From assembly GCA_964016885.1 (NCBI GenBank), contig OZ024756.1:42098001-42162000 (forward strand): a stretch of DNA of 64,000 bases, read 5' to 3'. Under the pieces are notes generated by a model. That model had not been told where the DNA came from. It made no database searches and worked only from the letters and a program-made list of their open reading frames with translations. This DNA is from Eledone cirrhosa. Taxonomy: Eukaryota. The position numbers were made by a program, and so were the translations under genes. Positions 27,231-40,100 of the stretch are shown in pieces (position 1 is the stretch's first letter; every line of letters starts with the position of its first letter).

Positions 27231-30200
27231 CTGAAAAACAAAAACAGAATATATAAATATATATATTCAGAATTAATAGGAAAATCAAGTAACACCCATT
27301 AAAAAAGTTTATTCACTTACAAATGTTTCTGGTGCCCAGAAGAATCATGAGCTAATTGCTGCATCTTACAGCTGGCATTTATATTTTATATATCTATCTC
27401 TACTCTCATTCGAGATTTAAATATATTCTTCCACTCGGGAACCTATATATATATATATATATATGTAGGTTCCCCGAGTGGTGTTGGGTGGTAACCAGTT
27501 AAAAAAGGTACTCAATACATTGGTAAAGCAAAGGCATCTTATTCAATTCAATATATTTGGCGGAAAATAAATCATAGATGCTTCAGATGCCATGTAAGGA
27601 GGGGAGAGGGGCAACATTTACACAGTCGGAAACACAGTGGTCCAACTTCGCCTTGAATTGTTGCGTGGTTGGCGCGTTGACTACTTCTTCTGGAAGCCGA
27701 TTCCAGGGTCCAGAGATGCGGATCGAGAAAGCAGCGGTGAAACAGCTTTTTGTCATGCCCACGTAGACCCCTCTCAAGTGCCGGAGTGAATAGGAGATCT
27801 TGAGGGAGATTGTTATGGCCATTGAAGAGATATTATATTATATACTATAAAAATGACTTCTATAGGACTAGAGCTGTTTCATTCATATATAATCATCCTG
27901 GCACTGTTCTACAACTAGATGGCCTTCCTGATTATTTAGTCCACAGATCTTCACAAGTCAAACTGCTGAGTTGTGGCACATAAGCAGCATTTATCTTTTT
28001 AAGCAGACTCCACCTGAAGACCAACACAGACACACACTATAGGCTTCTACAGTTTTGGTATACCAAATATCATTCAACAGGTTAGTGTGAAATGTGGTTG
28101 TGAAGAAAAGCTAACCATACAACTGTTCTTGCAACTCTTTTATTATTTCACATCAATGGCGGTGGATTGGCAGTATCAGTAGAGAGTTGGACGCCATGCT
28201 TTCCAGCATAGTCACATCTCTTTACGGTCTGAGTTCAAATCCCGCCGAGGTTAACTTTGCCTTTCATCCTTATGGGGTCGATAAAATAAAGTACCAGTAA
28301 TGTACTGGGTAATTGCTGGCCTTGTGCCAAAAGTAGAAACAATTATTTCACATCAATATTTACGACCACAAAAATTATTAACAAAGTTTTAAAACTTACG
28401 GTCTCATTGCAAAAATGACAATATGCTTTTTACCATCAACTTGAATCACTTTAGAATAGCAGTTTGGCTGAAATAAATAAACAGATGGTATATATATATA
28501 TATATTGTGGCAACTCTTAAACCAATCTAATTTATAGTTTTATTTGTAATACAGTGACTTTCATAACATATATAATAAAGAAACTGCTTGTTTTAACATA
28601 TTCATAAATATATTATCATCTTCCATCATAATTTTATATAACAACTTTTTATTTAGTAACGCTTCAAATGTCAGTTTACTAAATCGTTTAGAATTTAAGA
28701 TTATTGTCAAAACTAACTGAAAGACATTTTGGCACTGTATTTCTTTAGAAATATGGTGAGAAAATGTTAAAGCAGGCACAGGTTTATATCACAGATCTGG
28801 GGACTGGCAGTTTTAGTTGGGTTATATCATAAATCTGGGGACTGGTAGTTTTAGGTGGGTTATATCACAGATCTGGGGACTGGCAGTTTTAGGTGGGTTA
28901 TATCATAAATCTGGGGACTGGTAGTTTTAGGTGGGTTTGTATTAAAAAAGTTTTAAATACAAGAAATATAATTAGCAAAACATTGTTTTGGTTATTTTTT
29001 TTCTAAATAAACAAGCCAATAACTTACATCACAGGAATGGTTAATAAACCGAGCAGCATTGCCATGCATTGTTGCATCTACAACTTCTACGTCATCAATA
29101 CGGAACATATAACAACCAATACCCTGAAAAACAATAATCAATACCATCATCATCAATATCATCACACTTTCACTATGGTCAACAGTCCAACACCCTCACC
29201 ACACACCTTCCCTGTGGTCAACAGTCCAACATCCTAACCACTAGACCACACCACACCACACACCTTCACTGTGGTCAACAGTCCAACACCCTCACCACCA
29301 CACCACACACCTCCACTATGGTCCAACACCCTAACCACTACACCCCCACTATGGTCCCCCCCCCCCCACTATGGTCCAACACCCTCACCACTACACCCCC
29401 CACTATGGTCCAACACCCTCACCACTACCCCCCCCCACTATGGTCCAATACCCTCACCACTACACCCCCCCCCCCACTATGGTCCAACACCCTCACCAGC
29501 ACACCACACACCTCCACTATGGTCCAACACCTTCACCACTAGACCACACCTTTACCTGACAAAAATAAAATATATTAGATACCTTGCTTTCATAAAACTT
29601 CTCTCTTTTATCCGTTAGTTCTGCTCTAATGACTTCGCCAGCATACTCAATTACCATCTCTCCAGCATCTATATTTCTTTTACAAAACAAACCTCTGCCA
29701 TGGATCATAGATCTAAAAACAACATAACATTTTATTTTTACATTTCTGTTTAACGAGATGAAATGGTAACGAAGCATCGGAACTCAAGAAAAAACCCAGG
29801 TTTGTCTTGGCTGGAATGAAAAATAATCTTGGACTTACCTATAAACACCAACCGCTTCCCGAGCATGTGCTTGAAGATGGCGAAACCTCATTGCCATTGG
29901 AAGGTCCATGCTAGTTGGTCGCCTAGTTAAAACAAAATATATATTTCAATATGAATGAAACGCAGTATATTCTGTAAAATGATGATGGTGCTAGAGAAAA
30001 AAAAGTGTACCCAGTAGTTAGCAATAGGAATGGCATCCAGCTGTAGAAAACTCTCAGTGAGATTTGAACTTAGAAAGTCATAACTAAATGCCACAAAGCA
30101 TTTCGCCTGACACTCTACCGATTCTGCCAACAAAATAATAAAAATGATTTGTTTATTAGCAAAACAGGGCTGACACCAAGAAAACATTAATGTCATGTGT

Positions 30201-31139
30201 GGGCTAAAGAAACTATTGTGTAAAGTTAAGGTTACCTCGATGACTTTAATGCCATTTCTTCATCACCAGTAGCATGATTGGACTGAGGACGGTTCCGGTA
30301 ACGTGACATGAGAAAACTAAACATGTCATATGGCTTTCGTGTACTAAATGGTTCCGTGCGAATACAACCACTTGATGTTTCAGTAGCTTCCTGAAATAAG
30401 GTGTTATGAAATTATGTCATTATAGAATTTATCAATTAATTAATGCAACAAAACATCTCTAACTAATTAATAATTAAAGACAAACTTAATTTGTAGGAAT
30501 AAAGATCCATGACACAATTGATGTCCCAGGAAAAAGTTACAAAGTGAAACAATAAAACAAAGTATTGAATTAAAAGCTGACAATTGACTTTACTTTTTTA
30601 CAACAATTATTATGTATTATGTGTTATGGATATTTAGTAAGTTTAATGGTGGTGCCACAGCATGGCCAGTTATTAAGCTGGAACAGTTAAAAGAATAAAA
30701 AGTAGACCACTTTTAATTTATTAACATAAAAAAAAGAAAAAGTATGTAGCCACTTGTCAGAGCAAAGAAAGTGCTTCAATTAGTCTTTCCATTACTAATA
30801 ATCTCAGTCACACGTACCTGATCATCTTCGTCATATTCTCTTGGAGGAGAATGATAATTAAATTTGTAATTATAACATTTCTTTGCACCATGAAGCTGTT
30901 CCAAAAGATAGACCACAGCTCGATGACTTACACCAAACATTAGGGCACCATCTATATCTAGAAGAAAGTTGCAAGAAACGTAAGTCATTTATTACAAGGT
31001 TCATCAAATTTAACAATTTCAAAAGTAATTTTCTTATTGAAGTTATATTCATTCTTAGTCAACTTTATCTTAATTTTTTTTAAATTAAAGAAGTATATAT
31101 ATAAAAAAAAACATTATTTATGGGATGTCCCAATATGTT

Positions 31140-31175
<36 letters not shown>

Positions 31176-34100
31176 CACACACACTCACACATTATAATAA
31201 AATATCTGAATGTGACATCTTACGATTAAGTCTTCTAATCTATGATCAATCCCTATACTCCAAATAAACATACCATATATGGAAATATCCTCATCATCAT
31301 ATATATATATATATATATGATGATATATACAACATCAACAGAATCAATACTTACTTGCATAGGATAATTGCTTCCTTTTAGACAAGGCACGGACATCTTG
31401 AACAGCCTCATAAACCTGACGCCAAGCATCTACAAATAAATAATATATATATTTATATGTGTGTTGAACAATGAAAACAAAAGATAAAGTTTAGCTCTTA
31501 ATCGTTTCAGAAGGTTGATTGATCATAATAAATCAATATAGTGACTAATGAATAGTGGTTCTATAACTCCATTATTATTGGTCTCGATATAATAAATGAA
31601 AAGCATAATAGAAGAGAAATATTTACCATCAATTGAATGTGCTCGACAGTAGAAACCATCGTCACTAGATATTTCAAATACAAGATGTGGTAGGTTGAGA
31701 TCTGGTTTGGGCTGTGATGGAGGAGGAACTGATGGGTTTCGACTTTGAGAACTCATGAATGGAGTTTCCATTACTTCTTCTTCTACCTCTGCAAATGGGG
31801 CATCTCCATTCATATGATTGCCTTCACGACATGTTTTCTTTCTTAAATCTGAAGAAATTCACAAATAAATCAATCCGTTAATCCACAGTAAAGCAGGTCA
31901 TATACACACACATACATATATATATATAAATATATATTTTCATGTCCCCATCAAACCAATATTGTAATGTTAACCCCTTTTGTTACTATATTTCTAATAA
32001 TTGAAAATAAGAATTTGGCGGCATTTAGTTATGTATCTTTCTCATCATAAAGATGGTGTTTGGAACATAACTTAATAAAGGCTCCTACATAAAACTCTAA
32101 TGCAAGGATTTTAGATCAATATAAACTTAAAAATAAGCAACTTTGTATCATAGAACCAAGCCTTATCAAATCAGTGACACATCTTAGTAGACATTGTTTA
32201 TGGAAGTATACAGCCAATATACCTGGCTAAAGTATGGTACAGTTGTTAAGCTAACAACCTCAAATATTATTTGAAAATCATAGGTAGAGTCTTTCATTAA
32301 AAAAATAACAGACAGGTTAAAGCCATTTCTAAAATGTTAAGCAAACAATTTTTAAAAAAACTACTAAAACTATTTCTAAAATGCTATAAACAAATAATTT
32401 TAAAGAACTACTAAAACTACTAACCTCGAGGACGTCTCCGGAAACTAAGGTTTCTTGTTTTACGCACAGTTTTCTTTCTTAGAGTTACTTTTGGTGTAAA
32501 TGGGTCAAATACTTTTGAGTCAGTAGCATCTGAAGTTTGATTGGGGAAGTCAGCTGCTGGGCTCGTTGTTTGATTCCCAGCATCTTCAGTGTTGTTGTTG
32601 TTGTTGCTTCTGCTGCTGCTGTTGTTGTTGTTTTGGATTTGGGTTTTCAGGGAATCAAATGCAATCACAGACTCATTGTTATCCTGTTGATCACATACCA
32701 TTCCATTCCTGTTGGAAATGAAAGACAGTATGCGCTTTGTTGATTGTAATCCCACGGCAGACGGCCGTTTGCGTGACACTAGGTTAAATTGTTCTTTCTT
32801 AGACGGTAGGCCTGCTTTTTTGTTTATGTTAGAAACTACTTGTACATCTGAATTAGAACTGAGACTCACCATGTTCTGGATAAATTTACTGCTTTCTTCA
32901 ACTCCAGATACAATTTTTACTGGATCACATGAATCAGCAAACTGATTATTATTATTATTATTATTATTATTACAATTTTGTCTAAAAACAAATGGAGTTT
33001 TGAGTCCAGAGGTTTTCACTCGGGAGATCCTAGAATAAAGTTTACGACCAGGGGAACGTTTATGATTGCTACTGGATAAAGATGCTATAGATGTACTAGT
33101 AGACATTGGGTTTTCAACTAATGAAGTGCTTATAGTTTGACAACTATCAGCTTTACTGGACACCGATGAAGTTATTAGAGATGTTTGGTTTGTGATAGTT
33201 GGCGGTTGTGATACCTTAAAAATTTCCTGTAATAATTTACTATAATTATATGCTGTGTTTGAACTGTTTGAGTCTATGTTAGACCCAGTTACGAACGATG
33301 AAGTGGGGGGATTATCAACAAGTATCTTTACAACAGAGCTGGAATTTTGCATAGTAGGCACAGACGTTTTATGTATTATATATGGAGGTTTGTTTTGTAT
33401 TGAGCCTTCCTGTAACATCATGTTTGATGCATGGTGCATAGTTGCGGCTGACTGAATCTTGGAGATTGTTTCAGAAGTGCTGATGTTCGCTGTAGATTGG
33501 AGTTGAGGTACAGAAGTTGCTATAGAAGAAAAAGGGTTGCTAGAGAGTGGCGGAGTAATATTCACCAGCTGGTCAGTAGCAGACGGTAACACAAAACTGC
33601 CCACATAGTTGATGCTGAGAGTTGGAGTAGGAGGTGGTTGAGATGGAAGCGGTGGAGCGATAGCTATCGGAGTAACAGCAGCCTGGCTAAATACCGGCGA
33701 TGCAAGTGTTGGTAAGGCAGGAGAAGATAAGACCGAAGTGTTAAAATATGGTGTATTTACTGATGTCAGACTAAGGAGATGAGGAGAGGCACTTTGCATG
33801 GACATAGTCAGTGGTTGAACACTTTGGGCAGGAGCCACCACACATGTAGTCTGAGGCTGAACATTACAAACTGTATTACATAATGCCATAGTAACTACAG
33901 GTGTGGTTAACATTTGAGGTGCCATACTATTGTCTTGGCACTGTATTAACTGAGTGCTTGAATTATTTAGATCTGAAATGTGTGATGAATTAAGATTTGA
34001 GGATAGTGATGGGGTTAGATGTGTTAATGATGCTGAAGGTGAGGTACTCACTAATGAAATTGCTGGGTTATTAACGTGGGAAATTTCTCCAAAAGAATTA

Positions 34101-37100
34101 ATACTCTTTACAGGATTAGTGGAAAATTCAATTGGTGATTTAGTAACAGAATTATTGAACACTGATTTACTTTTGTTAAATAATTCTTGATAAGGGTTGT
34201 CATCAGTTTGAGTTTCATCTGAGAGAGGTATTTTAGATAGAATTTTGGATTTTGAAGTGAGGGTTTCAATAGCAGCATTTAACAACGATTTTGAAGTGGA
34301 ATTACTGGCATTCTGAAGAATTTGGTAAAATAAGTTCTTGTGGTTGCTATCCTCTAGTTCCTTACATTTGTCTGTAAATAACTCTCCAAGAGAACTTGAA
34401 GTCTTATCACCAGCAATTACAGTGTTGTGCTGCTGTTTAACAGAATCACAACTATTAGATGGTGGAACAATTCCACCAGACACTGACTGTTTCACAAAAC
34501 TAACTTCACCTATTATTCCATTGATTGCTTCAGATTTCTGCTTGCAAAGTCTTCGAGAATCTTCTTCCATTTTCAGTTTCTTCGCTAAGGAAATATCGGA
34601 GGAGATTTTGGGATCAGTTACATTAGCATCTTTGTAATTTACCAAAGTGGAGTTGGATTCACGGCGATTGCCTTTATTCGGTGGTTTACTAAGCTTCGAC
34701 GCTAATTCGGACAACAAATCCAAGTTGTTGCGATCACCTGTTGGTTGGACCTTGACAGCAGATTCAGAAGAAACCAATGCAGCATTCTTTTTCTCACAGC
34801 TTTCTTCATTTAAAGACAAACTATGATCACATTGAGCAGGTGATAGAGTGGCATCAGAATCATCAGCAAAGCCTTCAGGTAGGCAATTAGAGCTAGGTAA
34901 TAATTTGTCTTTTTTAATACTAAGATTGCTTTGTGAAGTGCTGTTTTTATTTGACAAATCAACATTCTTTGATTTCAAATCTTCAGTAGATGTACCAAAC
35001 ATATTTTGCACTTTGGGATTTTCTACACGTTGAGCTTGCTCATTTCCAATCTGTTCACACAAGCCGCTACTGCAATTCGTGGATATTGGGGTAGTATCCT
35101 CTGGCTTCCGACTACGACTTTGCTTCGTTTTATTCTGTATTGAATCTAAACACTCAGGATCCAATCCACTCATTGAATCATGAGACCGTTTCCTGGAGTG
35201 AATCTTTTTACCAAAGTTCATCTCTGCTTCAACTTCTGCAGCAACTCTCTGAATCAAAGTTGAGTTACGCATCGGATAACGGGGGTTGCCAAGGTAACGC
35301 CTTGGTGAGCGCAGACCATCTTGATCTTCTTCCTCTTCTTCACTGGTGCTTAGTTCAAAATCACACTTTTCAACGTGTGTCTCGAAGCTTTCCTTGGTTC
35401 TGTAGAGTCGCTTACATGTTGGACATTTGAAAGGTCCTCTCTCCCCCGGACTGCTTTTAGCTAAGCTCTCCGCCCTGATCTTCAATGCAATTTTGTCATG
35501 CAGAGGAATATCTTCACTTCTTTTAACAACTACCGGTTCTTCGGGTGTAGTTTCAACAGTTGACAATACTGAGAGGGATGATTTAGCACGATCGTCTCTA
35601 CAGCTCCTAGAAATTGCTTCCAGAGGGCGCTTTGCTAACGCCTGCTCACACATTCTTGAAACCGTTTGTCGCAAAGGGTATACTTTCACAGGTGGAGAGT
35701 TTTTAGATTTACCTGAATTTTTTCCTAAATCAAACGAATCGTTTAACCAAGATGATTCAGAACTAGAGGCAAACTCTTGCACTCCTTTATTACTGCTGAC
35801 TTTATCGAGATTACTACCTGTGTTGAAGTCACTCACACCTGTATAGTTGTCAGAAATCCTTGACTTATCAGTATGCAATGAATTAGTTAGGTCACTTGAC
35901 ACCATCTTCCTATGTTTCATTAATCCACTGCTAGATTTATCTAATTCTAATAACTTAACATTTTTCTTGGGGCAGAATCTTTTTAAACGTCTTTTGTTAT
36001 GATCTTTCAAATTATTCTGTGAATTTGTTGGTAGAGCATTTTTCAGAGCAAGGGCATCAGTGATTGATAGTTTGTGTCCAATTATATCCCCTTTAGGGCC
36101 ATATATCGGAGAAAACCGAGTAGATTTATCATCTTCAAATTTAGATCCTACCTTTGAATATCTATTTTTAGGCTTTTTATTCAGGGGTAAAGTTTTTCTC
36201 GTGAAGCTAATCACTTTAACCGGCTTATTGTAATCTTCACAGAACGTCGTCTCTTTGTCACATTCAGAATGTATTTGTACCTCAGAAATGGCATCAAGTG
36301 AGCTGTTGATGTTGTCAGGTAAATCTTCATCTGGACAAGATGCTATCACAATAGGCTGCTCAGATGAACATTCTACAATCTCTGGTTCTAACTCGGGCTC
36401 ACACTTGGAATATTTTATACTATCCAGCTCTCTATCATTATTATTATTGCTATTACTACTGTTAATATTATCAGAATCAGTTGGTTGAGTAGAGATTTCA
36501 TTGTCAGTAAAGTTAGTACTATCTGCAGCAAGAAGAGCCTCCCTAGCCAACTGAATAGCTTCCTCATCAGTCATATCTTCTGCTTCAGCAACAACAACTA
36601 CAGTTTCCATATCTTGGGATTCCTCTCCAAACAACAACTTATTTTCTTCACTCGTCAGCACAATATTATCTTCGGAATCCACGACAACTGTCGACAGGGG
36701 TTCGACATTTGAGCTTTGCTTCAGTTCCAAATCTGTGGAATCTTTGGGATCTGGTGGTTTATTAACAGAATTATTAGACTGTTCGTTAGATTCTGGAACT
36801 AAATCCTCTTCATTTGAAGTAGCAAGGGGTGTCCCTTCACTAGCCTTTATTACAGCACTTTCACCATCATCAACATTTGTTAGATCACCACCTAAACGAC
36901 CACTTTCTTCAGCACTCTCAGCTGTCAACGTTTTAGATTTTGTAAGATCTTCAATTTTAGAATTTTCTAGAAGTACTGGGTCTTCTATTTTAGTTGTATT
37001 GTGTTCGGCAGATTGAAGTTTTTGTTGCTCTTTGTTCAGTTTCTTGGGACAATGTGGTTTCACCAAGGTAATACGACAGGTATAAACACAACGTTTATTG

Positions 37101-40100
37101 GCATGCTTGGTGCTCCAATAGACTCGAGTAGATCTGACAAAAGAAATAAAACATTATTTTAAATACAAATGACCCATCAAACACATCTTAAAGATAGTAC
37201 TAAATATATCATTGAAAATCTAAAAGTAAAAAAAAAACATACATAGTATGTATCCTTATGTGTACTGATACACACACAGACATATATACACACACACACA
37301 CACACATATATATACACACATACACAGCATGTATCCTTATGTGTTCTAATAGATAAGTCACATCTCCATTTTACATACAACATTTACAGTGTACCATATA
37401 TTTTGCTCATCATATTTCTGTTTAACCAAGAGCGCTAAACATTTTTTTTTTTAAATGTTCAAAAAATGATTAATTATGTAATTACCGAAAGCCAACTGGA
37501 AGCAGCATATCAAGTCTGTCTGAGAGTGGAGTGAGATTTCCTAAACATTCAACAGTGCAGGAACCTTTAAGGATAAAAAACAAAAAAAGAAAGCAAAATC
37601 AGTATATGATGATAACGATGATGTATCTGTGTGTCGTAAGAAGTGACTAAACGGTTTGGGGTATAACAAACATATATTAAGTCTTTCTATGAATGTTTTA
37701 AGCTGTGATTAATGTCACAGCTATCTTGGTATCTATGTAAAGATGCCAGTGTCTATAAAATATACAAATACAAATATTTCAAATTCCTAAATCTGAAATA
37801 CTTCTGGTCCCAAGTATTTTTAGATGAAAGAGTCTCAACCCAGAAATTTTTCAGGAAATTAAGAAATAAAGTGAAAACTGCCGTACCTATAACAACATTA
37901 ATGCCGGATGCTGGTAAACCTTTTACCCAAGATTTCTTTGGGTACTTCTGATGATCCATATAAATGCAAACTCTGCGAATCACGTCAAAGTCATTATCTT
38001 CAACTAACTATAAAGATAAAAGGAATAAAAAAAATCATGACCAGTAATTAATGTGTGTGCGTGTGTGTGGTTAAGTTATGGATAACTGAAATGTGAGAAA
38101 AATCATAATTGATCAAAGAACAAAAAAATATTCATCATCTTCTATAGATCTGTTAGTGGTGCCATGTCCAGCATTGTAGTCTGATTTACCCCTGCCTCCA
38201 ACCTGTTGTCATCTTGAAGACCATCCTACCGTGTGGTGGTTGGTCTCCCATCTCGTCTGCACACATCAGGTTTCCAGAAAAGAACTCTGCCAGCAGGTTC
38301 ATGGTGATGTTTCATATATCCACCGGCTAATACTAGCCCCCTATGCCTTATGAAACAGTGTATTTCATTAGAAATATAGTCATGGAAAGGATGAACAAGT
38401 GGCAATATTGAAAATTGCATTGTAAAAGATGGTTGTGTCTACAGCTTCACTAACAAAATTACTACTTCATCCGGGTTTTGGTTTTTTTTTTTTTAAATAT
38501 AAAAAAATATAAAAAAAATAATATTCTTACATCTCCATCAACTTTGTGTCGATGATTATAACAGAAGACCTTCTTATCTTCTTGGAATATACAACATTCC
38601 TGTTTGGCACAGAGGAAATGGAAGTTGGCAGGGCAACCCCTGTGGCAGCAACCAACAGTAGCTCCAGGTCTCGTACATTTGTCACAGCGCTGAAAAGACA
38701 ACCAACATTAATCAAATTATATAAAAAATAAAAAGGTTTTTCTCATGTAAAATATGAGAAATTTTGAACTAAAAAGAATTGTTTAAATAAAGGGGACAGT
38801 ATTATTTATACATAAGTACATATTTTCAGAAAAGTTTTAGGAACGGACCCCAGTACTAGACTGTACTTTTTTTTTTTTATCAACCTCAAAAGAATGAAAA
38901 GTAAAGTTAACCTCGGCAAGATTTGAACTGAGAGAGCTGGAACGAATACCATAAAACATTCCATCTGACGTTCTAATGACTCTACCAAGTTAAGTAGCAC
39001 CATAAGATAAATTTCAATAAATTACATCAACTGTATAAACTGTTTTCTTCAACAATTAGTCATATCTTACCATCATTTTGCCTCGACTGACAGCTGGTTG
39101 AACATTTTGTAAGGTGCCATCACTCTCTTCCTCAAAAGCTTCAGCTGACCATAAAGCACAATTGACATGGATCCAGTCGTCTTGGCCAACATACACAAGT
39201 CGACCTTCTTCCTAAAAGAGAGTAAGAGAGACACACAAGAAAAATGTATTAAAACATGTATTAGAAATAATAAATGTTTACAATTTATTTTTTGTCAAAG
39301 AGTAAGAAAGTTTGTAGGAATCAGATGTTGTGTAGAAGATGGAGGACTGCATTGGTATGGACATGTTGTGTGTATGGAAGATGACTCCTACATAACAGAT
39401 TGTAGGAATCAGATATGAAATAGAGAGGATTGCACTGGTATCGACATGTGATGTGTATGGAAGACGACTGCTACACCCTTAAGTTGTTGGTGTTAGTACC
39501 AATATTAGAACATATGAGCAAGATGTGATCCTCTTAAACCATCTGATAGAGCAGTAACTCCAAATAAAAACTGACCCGAAACGTAAGAACCTGTCCAACC
39601 CATGCCAGTATGTAAAGCAGATGTAAAATGCTGATGACAATTGTAGTGATGTTGGTGACCACAACGATGATCATCATCATCATCATAATAACAATAGCAA
39701 TGATAATAATGAGCAATAAAATACCTCAGGATCAAGATCAGAAGTTTTCCAGCAGAGAACACATGTTCGAAAGTCTTCACAAACTTCCACAGCAGTAGAA
39801 CCGTCTTCTGTTTCATTATCTTTATTTGGATGAGCTGCAACAGAAAGAAAATTCAACAAAATACATTAACCCTTTCATTGCCATATTTCTAATGAAAGAC
39901 ACTGTCTATGTCTTTAACCCTTTCATTACCATATTTCTAATGAAAGACAGTCTATGTCATTAACCCTTTCATTACCATATTTCTAATGAAAGACACTGTC
40001 TATGTCTTTAACCCTTTCATTACCATATTTTTAATGAAAAACAGCCTGTGATTTTCAAATAATTTCAAGAATTTAACAATATAAAAGAGTTAAAAGAACC

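Noticed and set aside
32537-37016. Plus-strand ORFs over the large exon (also 42917-43669, 57284-59494)
   Set aside because: Antisense shadows of long coding exons.
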